The position numbers and the translations under genes are program-made. 64,000 nucleotides of DNA, taken from assembly GCA_964477845.1 (NCBI GenBank), contig CAYZES010000001.1, positions 36,426-100,425 on the forward strand, written 5' to 3'. Under the pieces are notes generated by a model. It saw only the letters and a program-made list of their open reading frames with translations. It was not told the origin of the DNA and did not search any database. This document shows positions 28,946 through 40,324 of the stretch, one piece after another; the stretch's first letter is position 1; every line of letters begins with the position of its first letter. This DNA comes from an uncultured Dehalococcoidia bacterium. Lineage in GTDB: Bacteria; Chloroflexota; Dehalococcoidia; Lucifugimonadales; UBA2962.

Positions 28946-29000
28946 GGCGCCCACTTCATCTCGGCCCGGCTGACGAGAGCCACATTCGGAGTCCCTGGCC

Positions 29001-29774
29001 ATGACCGGCTGGCGTCCGGACGAACTGATGGTCACCGAGGCTTCGCGCCACATACACGATGGCGATGTCGTACTGGTAGGCACGGGCCTGCCGATGGTCG
29101 CCGGGCTGCTGGCCCAGCGCACCCATGCCCCCGGCATGTGCTACGTGGTAGAGACCGGACCCGTTGCGCCGAGGGTGCTGCCGACGCCGATCTCGGTCTC
29201 TGATCCCAGGGTCATGCACAGGGCGGTTCGCCACGGCTCCCTGCTCGATTCGCTCGGCGGCATCCTGCAGCGCGGGATCGCAGACGTCTCCTTTCTCGGG
29301 GGCGCACAGGTCGACAGGTACGCCAATCTCAACTCCACGGTCATAGGCGACCCGAGCCGCCCGAAAGTAAGGCTCCCTGGAAGCGGCGGCGCAAACGATC
29401 TTGCCTCGCACTCCCCTCGTATCCTTATCATCACCAGGCATGAGCTGCGGCGCTTTCCTGAGCGCTGCGACTACATCACCAGCCCCGGCTATCTGGATGG
29501 CCCGGACGCGAGGAAGAGGGCCGGCCTTCCCGTTCACTATCCCAGGATCTCCGTTATCACGGACCTGTGCGTGATGGAGATCGACCGTGCAACGGGGACG
29601 CTGTCGGTGGCCGCGCTTGCGCCGGGCACGGGCTTTGACGATGTGCAGAGCAAGACGGGATTCGAGCTCGGGCGAGAGCGCTCGCCGCTGCCGACGATGG
29701 AGCCCCCATCGGCCGAGATCGTAGAGCTACTGCGCGGGGAACTGGACCCGGACGGAGTCTACCTCAAGGGGTAG
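29001..29774 (+). CDS. CoA-transferase subunit B
   Basis: MVTEASRHIHDGDVVLVGTGLP ... GSGGANDL, adjacent to subunit A. Confidence 0.8.
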   Translation: MTGWRPDELMVTEASRHIHDGDVVLVGTGLPMVAGLLAQRTHAPGMCYVVETGPVAPRVLPTPISVSDPRVMHRAVRHGSLLDSLGGILQRGIADVSFLGGAQVDRYANLNSTVIGDPSRPKVRLPGSGGANDLASHSPRILIITRHELRRFPERCDYITSPGYLDGPDARKRAGLPVHYPRISVITDLCVMEIDRATGTLSVAALAPGTGFDDVQSKTGFELGRERSPLPTMEPPSAEIVELLRGELDPDGVYLKG

Positions 29775-29820
29775 CCTGGCCGGGGCCCCGCCCGCATAGG
29801 TCGGCGCACGGCCGGGCTGT

Positions 29821-30444
29821 TCATGTCGCCGCGGCGTGCCCGGCGGCGGAGTCGTAGCCTCGCCGGTAGTCCTCGGGGGTATTCAGGTCCAGGCGTACTG
29901 CCGGATCATCGATATCTACCCGGTGCACACGCGAGAGATGGCGGCCTATTACCTCCCTTATGCCCTGGCCCTCCTCCGTGATCTGGCGCAGTTCGGGAAG
30001 CAGGAGCGAGTCGAAAGCGATCGGATGGCCTCCCCTGCCGTGGTGCAGGGGCGAGGTGACAGCGGCACCGTTCATTGCGTGGGCCTCGAGCACGCGGCGG
30101 ATTACGGAGGCCGGGCGCGGCTGATCGACCGCAAGCAACATGACCGTGCTGGCGCGGGCGTCTATCTTGGCAAGGCCCGCCCTGATGGAGGTAGTCTTGC
30201 CTCTGTGGTAGTCGGGGTTCAGCACGCTCTGCACGCCGGCCCCGCGCACGAGCGGTTCGACCTCCTCCGCCCTGTGACCGAGGACGACGACGATCTCGTC
30301 GATACCGGCGCAGCGGAGCTGGGAGACCTGGTACTCGACCAGCGTCACGTCGCCGCCGCGCCCCGACGGCCAGGGAAGCAGCGGCTTCGGGCTGCCCATC
30401 CTGCTCGACTCACCGGCCGCGGTGAGGATCGCTGAAACGGTCAT
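29821..30444 (-). CDS. MobA/MocA-like nucleotidyltransferase (molybdenum cofactor cytidylyl/guanylyltransferase family)
   Basis: AILTAAGESSRMGSPKPLLPW N-terminal NTP-transferase motif. Sits downstream of an XdhC gene. Confidence 0.75.
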   Translation of the reverse strand: MTVSAILTAAGESSRMGSPKPLLPWPSGRGGDVTLVEYQVSQLRCAGIDEIVVVLGHRAEEVEPLVRGAGVQSVLNPDYHRGKTTSIRAGLAKIDARASTVMLLAVDQPRPASVIRRVLEAHAMNGAAVTSPLHHGRGGHPIAFDSLLLPELRQITEEGQGIREVIGRHLSRVHRVDIDDPAVRLDLNTPEDYRRGYDSAAGHAAAT

Positions 30445-30486
30445 CTGGGGCCGTCGCCTGGATGCCGGCTTCTGCGGGCCGGCCGC

Positions 30487-31671
30487 TCAGTCCAGGGCGA
30501 CCGCAGCGGCTTCGGGCACCCGCTCTCCGGCCGTGGCGGCCAGGTGCTTGGCGTGGATCTTGTCGATAAGCCCGTCGTCGAGCTTCATCACGGCTCCGGT
30601 CCCACCGAGGCGGAACATGAGCATCTCCGAGACTATGCTGACCGCGATCTCGTCCGGCGTCCGGGCGTGGATGTCCAGCCCGACCGGGGACCGCAGTTCG
30701 CGTAGCCGCTCGATCGACACCCCCATCCTCAGCAGGTCCTCGTAGATGAGAATGATCTTGCGCTTTGAGCCCAGGAGGCCGACATAGTGTGCGGGAGTGG
30801 CGGCCGCAGCGGCCAGGGCGACGTTGTCGTAGCGGTGGCCCCGCGTCGCGATGATGATGAAGGTGTTCGGGTTGATCGGCAGTGAGGCCATCGCGTCCTC
30901 GGGATTTGCCGTGACGGTTTCGACCGCCTCCGGGAAACGCTCGGGATTCGAGAACTCCTCGCGGTCGTCGGTGACGTACACGTGGAATCCTACCCGGGCT
31001 GCGAGCGGGGCGATGGCCTTGGACACGTGACCGCCGCCCGCCAGCACCAGCCTGGGCGGGGTCGTGTATGCCTCTATGAAGTACTCCGACCCATCGTCTG
31101 CCGCCACGTACTCGTTCCTGCCGTGGATCATCAGCGACCTGGCGCGGTCGATGGCGTCCTGGTCGAGCTGGTCCGAACCAAGGGTGCCCTGGGTCGAGCC
31201 GTCCTGGCGTATGAAGAGCTTTCGGCCCGTACCGGCCCCGGACATTACGGGGCCGTCGGCGGTGCCGGCGGGCTTTGTCAGCGAGGCCAGGGCTACCGAT
31301 CCCTTGCCGTCGTAAGCGTCGGCGATCTCCTCGGTGTAGGAGAGAAGTTCCTGCGGCTGGTAGACGGGGTCGATCAGGAAGTACATGGTCCCGCCGCACA
31401 CGAGGCCGTCCTCCGCGGCGAGATCCTCGTTGAGCTGATACTCGCGGCACTGGGCGGGGCCGCCCCTGCTGAGCAGCTCTTTCGCGGCGAACCAGATGTC
31501 TCCCTCCACGCAGCCACCCCCCAGGGTGCCGACCCCCGAGCCGTCCTCGCGGATGAGCAGCTTGGCGCCCGGCTTCTGGGGCGTCGAGCCCTTGGTTCGC
31601 ACCACGGTTGCCACCACCGCCCTGTGCCCCCCCGACAGTTGTGTTCTGGCTTCCTGGAATACCTCTCTCAT
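30487..31671 (-). CDS. XdhC/CoxI-family molybdoenzyme maturation factor
   Basis: N-terminal XdhC_CoxI (VVATVVRTKGSTPQKPGAKLLI, GGGCVEGD) plus C-terminal Rossmann LVLAGGGHVSKAIAPLAARVGFHVYVTDDRE. Confidence 0.85.
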   Translation of the reverse strand: MREVFQEARTQLSGGHRAVVATVVRTKGSTPQKPGAKLLIREDGSGVGTLGGGCVEGDIWFAAKELLSRGGPAQCREYQLNEDLAAEDGLVCGGTMYFLIDPVYQPQELLSYTEEIADAYDGKGSVALASLTKPAGTADGPVMSGAGTGRKLFIRQDGSTQGTLGSDQLDQDAIDRARSLMIHGRNEYVAADDGSEYFIEAYTTPPRLVLAGGGHVSKAIAPLAARVGFHVYVTDDREEFSNPERFPEAVETVTANPEDAMASLPINPNTFIIIATRGHRYDNVALAAAAATPAHYVGLLGSKRKIILIYEDLLRMGVSIERLRELRSPVGLDIHARTPDEIAVSIVSEMLMFRLGGTGAVMKLDDGLIDKIHAKHLAATAGERVPEAAAVALD

Positions 31672-31740
31672 GGTATTAGGGTAACAAGTTATCGGGCCTA
31701 AGGCACTGGGCCTGGCCGGAAGCTCGCCTGCTCGCCGAGT

Positions 31741-33051
31741 CTACAGCTTTAGACTGGTCTCGAGCCGGCGCCTGCCCCTGCATGGTCCCACCACGGCCAT
31801 GCTGAGGCCGTCTGAAACGAAGAGGGAGGCGGCGGTGCGGTCAAGGTCGTCGCAGGTGAGGGTTCCCAGCCTCTCCATTACCCCGTCGATGCCGACGATC
31901 CGTCCCATCAGCATCTCCTGGAGGCCGAACCAGGAGGAGACCGCCCGGGTGTCTTCCATGCCCAGCATGAGGCGTCCCGAAGCCAGGCGACGGACCTTTT
32001 CGAATTCCGACTCGGGTATGCCGTCGCGTATCGATGCGATCTCGGCGAGTATCGTGTCAACCGTCTCGTATATGCGGCGCGGCTCGGCACCCGCGCTGAC
32101 CTGAAAGGAGCCGCAGTCCCGCAGGTGGGTTACGGAGGAGTGAACGTCATAGGCGAGGCCGCGCCGCTCGCGCACCTCAAGGAACAGTCGGCTGCTCATC
32201 CCCTCGCCGAGCGCGACGCTCAACATGTCGAGGGCATAGCGGTCCGGGTGGAAGAGGGATACGCCCGGTAGCCCTATAGAGAGGTGGGCCTGCTCGGTGC
32301 GCCGGTATTCCATGCTCACGGCCGGCTGGCGGGGCACGCCGTCGTAGGCGGTGTACTCGGCGGCGGGCCCGGCGCGCCAGCCGGCGCTGGCGCGCTCGAC
32401 ATGGGCGACGACGGGATCGTGGTCCACTGCGCCGGCGACGCTCACCACCAAGTTCGATGGCGTGTAGTAGCGCTCCAGGTGTCCGAAGAGGGTCTCGCGA
32501 CTGAGTGAGGAGACGGTCTCGCCCGTCCCTGCGATGTCCCTGCCCAGCGGGTGGTCCGGCCAGAGCATCCCGTCCAGCAGGGACTGCACCTTGTAGTCAG
32601 GGTGATCGTGGATCATGGCCAGTTCGTCCAGTACGACCGAGCGCTCACGTTCGACCTCTTCGGCGGGCAGCAGCGGGTTGCGCACGAGGTCTATGAGCAG
32701 GTCAAGGCTGTCAAGCAGGTAGGGCTGAGGAACCTTGCACCAGTAGACCGTGAACTCCTGCTCGGTCTCGGCGTTCAGCACGCCGCCCACCCCCTCGACC
32801 GTCCCGCTGATCATCTCGGGCTCCGGCCGCGACTCGGTGCCCTTGAACAGCAGGTGCTCCAGGAAGTGGGAGGCCCCCGCCTGCCCGTCGGGCTCGTGCC
32901 TTGAGCCCACACCAACGAATATGCTGATGCTCACCGACCGGGTGTGGGGCATCTCGCCGGTTATCACGCGCAGGCCGTTGTCCAGTGTCGTCTTGCGGTG
33001 GATGGGTCCCGACGGAAACTCGGACGGGGGGGACGTGGAGTCTGCTTGCAT
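31741..33051 (-). CDS. M16-family (pitrilysin/insulinase-like) zinc peptidase
   Basis: Inverted zinc motif HFLEHLLFKGT. LDNGLRVITGEMPHTRSVSI. The Met at 33051 is preferred over the track start 33183. Confidence 0.85.
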   Translation of the reverse strand: MQADSTSPPSEFPSGPIHRKTTLDNGLRVITGEMPHTRSVSISIFVGVGSRHEPDGQAGASHFLEHLLFKGTESRPEPEMISGTVEGVGGVLNAETEQEFTVYWCKVPQPYLLDSLDLLIDLVRNPLLPAEEVERERSVVLDELAMIHDHPDYKVQSLLDGMLWPDHPLGRDIAGTGETVSSLSRETLFGHLERYYTPSNLVVSVAGAVDHDPVVAHVERASAGWRAGPAAEYTAYDGVPRQPAVSMEYRRTEQAHLSIGLPGVSLFHPDRYALDMLSVALGEGMSSRLFLEVRERRGLAYDVHSSVTHLRDCGSFQVSAGAEPRRIYETVDTILAEIASIRDGIPESEFEKVRRLASGRLMLGMEDTRAVSSWFGLQEMLMGRIVGIDGVMERLGTLTCDDLDRTAASLFVSDGLSMAVVGPCRGRRRLETSLKL

Positions 33052-33261
33052 CCGGCGAATTCTAGCACTGCCCCCGGGGCCCCAGAACCTGCGTCCGGAG
33101 CGCCCAAACAGGTCGGTCTGCCCGATTGAGCCGTTTCGGCGCCGGGGCCCGGCCATTTCATTGACGGGTGATATCACCGACAATGGGAATGGAGTTGCGG
33201 CATAAGCTGCCGGGCCTGTACCCGGCGCAGACCGGTCGCCGAATCACGTGGGCAGGTAAGG

Positions 33262-33870
33262 ATGCTAAGGAAGCTAGGCAGGATCAACCGGACGCGAGAG
33301 CCGGACGACGGGGTACCGCCGGGGCAGTTCACCACCGCGAAGTTCCCGGTTCTCACCTTCGGCAGGACGCCCGATGTGGATGTCAACGAGTGGAGGATGC
33401 GCGCCTTCGGTCTGGTCGAATCCGAGAGGGTCTTTGACTGGGACGAGTTCGTCGACCTCGGCCGCGTGACGATCGACGCGGAATTCCACTGCGTTACCCA
33501 GTGGAGCCGGCTCAAGAACACCTGGGAGGGCGTGCCAATCAAGGTCGTTTTAGACGCCGTACAGCCTCTGCCCGAGGCCAGGTACGTGATGGTCCACAGC
33601 TACGGCGGCTACTCTACCAACGTGGCACTCGACGTGCTGTGCGACGACGATGTCCTGTTTGCCTATCGCCACGACGGCGCCGACCTGGGTCGCGAGCACG
33701 GGGGACCGCTGAGGCTGGTGGTTCCCAAGCGGTACGGATGGAAGAGCGCCAAGTGGGTGAACGGCCTGGAGTTCCTGGCGGACGATGCTCCCGGGTTCTG
33801 GGAGGTCAGGGGTTACCACATGGAGGGCGACCCCTGGAAGGAGCAGCGCTTCCGGGAGGACCTCTGGTGA
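33262..33870 (+). CDS. Small molybdopterin-binding oxidoreductase (sulfite-oxidase fold, YuiH-like)
   Basis: PPGQFTTAKFPVLTFG..., FHCVTQWSRLKNTWEGVP, GGPLRLVVPKRYGWKSAKWV. Confidence 0.8.
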   Translation: MLRKLGRINRTREPDDGVPPGQFTTAKFPVLTFGRTPDVDVNEWRMRAFGLVESERVFDWDEFVDLGRVTIDAEFHCVTQWSRLKNTWEGVPIKVVLDAVQPLPEARYVMVHSYGGYSTNVALDVLCDDDVLFAYRHDGADLGREHGGPLRLVVPKRYGWKSAKWVNGLEFLADDAPGFWEVRGYHMEGDPWKEQRFREDLW

Positions 33871-33874
33871 AAAG

Positions 33875-33906
33875 AGAGAGGCCCGCTCCGATGAGCGGGC
33901 CTCTCT
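33875..33906 (-). terminator. Intrinsic terminator candidate (14-bp perfect stem) after the zinc-ribbon gene
   Basis: AGAGAGGCCCGCTC-cgat-GAGCGGGCCTCTCT, followed on the minus strand by CTTTTCA. Lies between convergent genes. Confidence 0.6.
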
Positions 33907-33928
33907 GCGAAAGCTGCTACTCGGGCGT

Positions 33929-34102
33929 CTAGGCGGCTGCGGGCTTCTTGGCACCTTTCTTCAGACGGGTGCCTGCGGTCGTGATTGTGCCGCTGTAGTC
34001 CATGTGACCGCACTGAAGGCACTCGGTGTACGGTCCGTAAACGTCCCGGTTCGATTGCATGTCGCCCTTGCACCTGGGACAGTTCTTTAGGGAAAGCATC
34101 AT
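33929..34102 (-). CDS. Zinc-ribbon micro-protein (57 aa)
   Basis: AAGGAGGAG lies 3 nt before ATGATG at 34102. MMLSLKNCPRCKGDMQSNRDVYGPYTECLQCGHMDY plus a basic tail RLKKGAKKPAAA. The CPRC...ECLxCG motif is shared with the gene at 48117. Confidence 0.6.
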   Translation of the reverse strand: MMLSLKNCPRCKGDMQSNRDVYGPYTECLQCGHMDYSGTITTAGTRLKKGAKKPAAA

Positions 34103-34358
34103 GTTCTCCTCCTTATCCTCCATTCCGCCATCCGGCACGGTTGCCGGAGTGACATTCTTTAACGCCCCGAGTATTTTGTTAACCGATTTGCCTTGATATT
34201 GATTATGTATATTCTTGATATAGGCCTGCGCTGCCTGGCCCGCATGCCCTGGAGTCGGCAGCCCTGTAGATGACTACTACGCACCGGCCCCGAGGTCGGA
34301 TTGGATCTGTTTCATCAACCGTGCAAATCATCACAATCGCGATTCTGAATTATATTCA

Positions 34359-34388
34359 TTGACACATAGCGTATCAAGTTACTATACT
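34359..34388 (+). promoter_or_regulatory. Sigma-70-type promoter candidate for hspR-grpE-dnaK (TTGACA-N18-TATACT)
   Basis: Consensus -35 at 34359-34364 and TATACT at 34383-34388, in an AT-rich 350-bp intergenic region. Confidence 0.5.
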
Positions 34389-34490
34389 CTTTCGGTAGAT
34401 TCATTGGCCCTGCCAGCGACATCTATATAACGGCGCCACACGGCGCAGGTTAGGCATCCTGCAGGGTCCCTATGGAGGCTGAGGAACCCG

Positions 34491-34868
34491 GTGAGAAGTC
34501 CGACCGATTACCATACCGGCAGCGACGGCGTGTACATCATCAGCGTCGCCGCACGCATCGTTGAGATGCATCCCCAGACCCTGCGCAAGTATGAGCGGAT
34601 CGGCCTTGTGTCCCCTTTCCGGACCGGCGGGATGCTCCGGCTCTACTCCGAGGAGGATCTCGCCCGGCTCCGGCTGATCAAGCACCTGGTGGGTGACCTG
34701 GGTCTCAACCTGTCCGGTGTTGAGCTGGTGCTGGAGATCTTCAACAGACTGCTCAAGCTGCGGTTCGAGGCCGAGGTCGCGGCGACCCGCGGGAGGGTTG
34801 AGCTTAAGCGCGTTGTCGACGAGAGCCTCGGGGAGATGTTTCAGATGCTCGGAGTGGGCACAAGGTAG
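34491..34868 (+). CDS. hspR: MerR-family heat-shock repressor HspR-like
   Basis: YIISVAARIVEMHPQTLRKYERIGLVSPFRTGGMLRLYSEEDLARLRLIK (MerR HTH), directly upstream of grpE-dnaK. Confidence 0.8.
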   Translation: MRSPTDYHTGSDGVYIISVAARIVEMHPQTLRKYERIGLVSPFRTGGMLRLYSEEDLARLRLIKHLVGDLGLNLSGVELVLEIFNRLLKLRFEAEVAATRGRVELKRVVDESLGEMFQMLGVGTR

Positions 34869-34896
34869 GTCGGCCACGCGGGCGGAGCGTAATGTT

Positions 34897-35448
34897 ATGA
34901 GCGAAATGGAAAGGCAGCTGGAAGACGGCGAGAACGGGACGGGAGGACAGCAGGACGGCAACGGGACCGAGCAGGTCGATTCCGCCGTCCTGGAAGAGGC
35001 GCTCAGGGAAAAGGACCAGTTCAGAGCGCTAGCCCAGCGCGCGCAGGCCGATCTTGAGAACTACAGGAAGAGGGCCGCCGACGAGCGGGAGGAGCTCAGG
35101 AAATTCGGCCAGTCCCAGGTGATCCTGAAGGTCCTCGCCGTTGCCGACGACTTCGGGCGGGCCCTTGAGATGGTCCCGGAGGACGCGGTCGCGCCCGGCT
35201 GGAGAGAGGGACTGGACCTCGTGCGGCGCGGCATCGACCGCCTTTTAGAGACCGAGGGCGTCACGCCCATAGAGGCCAGCGGCAAGCCCTTTGAGCCGGC
35301 CGAGCATGAGGCGGTCTTCTTCGAGGAGACCGGCGAAGTCGAGCCGGGCCGGGTGATGTCGGTGATAAGGAACGGTTACAGGCACAACGGCCGGGTGCTG
35401 CGTGCCGCCCAGGTGACGGTCTCAAAGTCGCCTGAGGACGCCGGCTAG
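34897..35448 (+). CDS. grpE: Nucleotide exchange factor GrpE
   Basis: ATG 34897. RAQADLENYRKRAADERE, VLAVADDFGRAL, FEPAEHEAV, GYRHNGRVLRAAQVTV. Confidence 0.9.
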   Translation: MSEMERQLEDGENGTGGQQDGNGTEQVDSAVLEEALREKDQFRALAQRAQADLENYRKRAADEREELRKFGQSQVILKVLAVADDFGRALEMVPEDAVAPGWREGLDLVRRGIDRLLETEGVTPIEASGKPFEPAEHEAVFFEETGEVEPGRVMSVIRNGYRHNGRVLRAAQVTVSKSPEDAG

Positions 35449-35533
35449 CCGCGTTCCAACCCGAGAAAGCAAGGCAGATTTCGAGCGCGAGGCGGCGTCT
35501 CGATGAGAACAATCCACAGGAGCATATAGCGAA

Positions 35534-37438
<1,905 letters not shown>

Positions 37439-37454
37439 CCGACCGGGCGCCGGC

Positions 37455-39119
37455 CTAGTACTGCTTGGTGTCCAGCACCCACCGCGTCAGCGGGCTGGGA
37501 GACGGGCTCGTCCGCACGTTGATTACCGAAGGGATGTCGGAATCCAGGGCGCGCCTTAGAGCGGGACCCACGTCGCCGGCCTCCTCGACGTACTCTCCAC
37601 GTGCGCCCAGCGCCTCTGCCACAAGGTCGTAGCGGGTTCCCGGCCTGAGCTCGGTGGCGATCGCGCGGCCGAAGAACTTTACCTGCTGGTGGTAGTCGAT
37701 TCCCCATACCGAGTCGTTGCCCACCACGATCACGACCGGGATGCGGTGGCGGACGGCGGTGTCGAGCTCAAAGCCGTTAAAGCCGAACGAGCCGTCGCCT
37801 GCCATCACCACGACCCGCGAGTCGGGCAGGGCCGCCTGGGCGCCTATGCCGAAGGGAATCGCCCACCCGAGCATGCCCATCGCGCCGTTTGTGAACCAGC
37901 GGTCCTTGCGCACCGCGGGCAGGTACGCGGCCCCGTAGAAGCCGACGTCCGCCCCCTCCAGGACCACCGCCGAGTCATCGTCCAGCAGGGGCTCTACGGA
38001 GGTGTGGATCCTCATCGTGTGTATCCCGGGACCGTCGTCGGCAAGGGCGGCCAGCTCGCGGCGCTGTCGGGCGACGCTCTCTCGCAGCGCGGCCACCAGG
38101 CCCCCCTCGCTCCAGCTGCGGCCCTCGGCGGCGGCGGCCAGCTGGGCGACCACCGCCCGCGGGTCGGCCGCTATCCCGATGTCGACGCCGCGCGTGCGGC
38201 CGATCACCGACGGTTCCGGGTCGACCTGGGCAATCGAGGCGTCTGCCGCGATGCCGGGGGGCTCACCGAACTCGAGGGTGAAATCGAGCTTTTTCCCCAG
38301 TAGCAGCACGGCGTCGGCCGTCCCTATGAGCTTGGCCGCCTCGACGACCCGCGGATCGGATATGCCGAAGCAGTACGGGTGATCGTCCGCTATCACCCCC
38401 CGGGCCGCCTCCTCGGTCAGCACGGGGATCCGGGTCACCTCGGCCAGCCTGTCCAGTTCGCCCTGGCCTATGGTCCAGGCACCGTTGCCCGCGACGATGA
38501 CCGGGCGGCTCGCCGCACCCAGAAGGTCGAGCGTCGCCTCGATATCGCCTGGATCTGCCATCGACGCGGCCGGCGGTCCGTGCAGCGACGGGGGATGAGC
38601 CCGCACGGTCGACTCGTCCACCTCGGCGGTCTGCACGTCCACGGGTATGGTCAGGTGCACCGGCCCGCGCCTGCCCGACGTGGCCGTCCGGAATGCGCGG
38701 GAGATCAGCTCCGGTATGCGCACGGGGTCCCACACCATGATCGAGGACTTGGTGACCGGGGCCGCCATTCCAATCTGGTCTAACTCCTGGGCGGCCCACT
38801 GGCCGAGACGCGGCCGCGCGGCGCTCCCGGAAATATTCACCAGGGGCGACTCGAGCTGGTGGGCGAAGGTCAGGCCGGGTATGGCGTTTGCGTGGCCCGG
38901 CGTGGTGAACATCGAGACCCCGATGCCGCGTATCCGCCCCCAGGCATTGGCCATGTCGACGGCTCCCTGCTCGTGTCTTGCGTCTATGAAGCGGAACCCG
39001 TCCCCCGCCATGCGGTCCATCAGAGGCAGCGTGTGGTCGCCCGCGATGGCGAAGGCGGTGTCCACGCCCCACTCCGACAGAGACCTCGATATCAGCTGTG
39101 CGCCCGTCACCTTTGCCAT
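37455..39119 (-). CDS. Thiamine-diphosphate-dependent enzyme (acetolactate synthase large-subunit-like family)
   Basis: N-terminal Pyr domain (AIAGDHTLPLMD, ARHEQGAVDMANAWGR) and TPP-binding MAGDGSFGFNGFELDTAVRHRIPVVIVVGND. Confidence 0.85.
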   Translation of the reverse strand: MAKVTGAQLISRSLSEWGVDTAFAIAGDHTLPLMDRMAGDGFRFIDARHEQGAVDMANAWGRIRGIGVSMFTTPGHANAIPGLTFAHQLESPLVNISGSAARPRLGQWAAQELDQIGMAAPVTKSSIMVWDPVRIPELISRAFRTATSGRRGPVHLTIPVDVQTAEVDESTVRAHPPSLHGPPAASMADPGDIEATLDLLGAASRPVIVAGNGAWTIGQGELDRLAEVTRIPVLTEEAARGVIADDHPYCFGISDPRVVEAAKLIGTADAVLLLGKKLDFTLEFGEPPGIAADASIAQVDPEPSVIGRTRGVDIGIAADPRAVVAQLAAAAEGRSWSEGGLVAALRESVARQRRELAALADDGPGIHTMRIHTSVEPLLDDDSAVVLEGADVGFYGAAYLPAVRKDRWFTNGAMGMLGWAIPFGIGAQAALPDSRVVVMAGDGSFGFNGFELDTAVRHRIPVVIVVGNDSVWGIDYHQQVKFFGRAIATELRPGTRYDLVAEALGARGEYVEEAGDVGPALRRALDSDIPSVINVRTSPSPSPLTRWVLDTKQY

Positions 39120-39190
39120 GTCTCACCCCCGGACATGTGGATACCCGCTATGTTGACACAACGCCGCCGCGTGCGGCGGCGGGCCCGGCC

Positions 39191-40324
39191 CTAGGCCGAC
39201 CGGATGCCGTGCATCGGGAAGATCAGCGAGTGCAGGGCCTGGACCCCGGACTCGCCGTAGCTGCGCGCCTGGCGCCGCATGTCGTCGCCAATGGGAAGAT
39301 CGTCCGGGTCGAGCATGGAGCTTACGCCGTAGCGCTCGGCGTAGGGCGCGGGGATGGTCGGCGGGAGTTCCTGCCCGGACATTACGGCAAAGGCCTGCGC
39401 CCAGCAGCGGGCAACGGCCTGCAGGTCGTAGCCGCCCCCGCCAAGGGCCAGCCAGCGATACGGCATCGCGGAGAAGGCCCGCAGAACGTCGGAAAACCCC
39501 TGTACGGTCTGTGCCAGATGGGTGATCGGGTCCCTGAAGTGAGTGTCGATGCCCAGCTGGGTGACCAGCACGTCCGGTGCGAACCTCTCGAGCAGGGGCG
39601 GGACGACCTGCTCAAAGCACCACAGGTAGGTGTCGGAGGTCGTGTAGGGAAACAGGGGGAGGTTGACCGAATAGCCGCGGCCGACGCCCGCGCCGGTCTC
39701 CTGGGCCCAACCGGTGCCCGGGAACAGGTATGCACCCGACTCGTGGAGCGAGATCGTCAGCACGCGGTCGGTGTCGTAGAAGGCGTTCTGCACCCCGTCG
39801 CCGTGGTGGCAGTCGATGTCGACATAGGCCACGCGCATACCCCTTGCCACCATCGCCTTGATGGCGACGACCGGGTCGTTGAAGACGCAGAAGCCGTATG
39901 CATAGCCGGGCATGGCGTGGTGCAGGCCGCCGGAGATGCTGATCGCTGCATCGACCCGCCCGTCGATGAGGAGTTCGGCGGCGACCATCGAGGCGCCCGT
40001 AGACAGGGCGGCCGCCTCGTAGACGCCCTCATAGGCCGGGTTGTCCCCTGGTCCGAAGTTGAAGAGGTGAGCGCTCGCCGGGACCTCTCCGCGGCCGTAG
40101 CTCTTGACCGCCTCTATGTACTGCGGGGTGTGATAGGTGCCAATCTCCCGGTCGGTGGCCGGCCGGGGCTCTACGAGCACCGCGGCCTCCGGCTCGAATG
40201 CTCCGTACGCGCTGAGCAGCTCGTAGGTGTAGCGAAGGCGCACCGGCTTCATCGGGTGCTCGTCCGATAGAACGTGCCTGGTCAGCGCGTCCGAGTAGAT
40301 AAAGGCCGCCCGGCGAGCCGGCAT
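39191..40324 (-). CDS. Histone-deacetylase-family amidohydrolase (AcuC/acetylpolyamine deacetylase-like)
   Basis: ATG 40324 overlaps the upstream stop (TGATG). HPMKPVRL, GGLHHAMPGYAYGFCVFND, VDIDCHHGDGVQ. Confidence 0.85.
   Translation of the reverse strand: MPARRAAFIYSDALTRHVLSDEHPMKPVRLRYTYELLSAYGAFEPEAAVLVEPRPATDREIGTYHTPQYIEAVKSYGRGEVPASAHLFNFGPGDNPAYEGVYEAAALSTGASMVAAELLIDGRVDAAISISGGLHHAMPGYAYGFCVFNDPVVAIKAMVARGMRVAYVDIDCHHGDGVQNAFYDTDRVLTISLHESGAYLFPGTGWAQETGAGVGRGYSVNLPLFPYTTSDTYLWCFEQVVPPLLERFAPDVLVTQLGIDTHFRDPITHLAQTVQGFSDVLRAFSAMPYRWLALGGGGYDLQAVARCWAQAFAVMSGQELPPTIPAPYAERYGVSSMLDPDDLPIGDDMRRQARSYGESGVQALHSLIFPMHGIRSA

Noticed and set aside
34139-34490. Canonical HAIR (CTTGAGT-N7-ACTCAAG) or CIRCE (TTAGCACTC-N9-GAGTGCTAA) operator upstream of hspR
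   Set aside because: There is no match better than a 3+3 core (AGT-N6-ACT) with wrong spacing. The TTGATAT direct repeats are not inverted.
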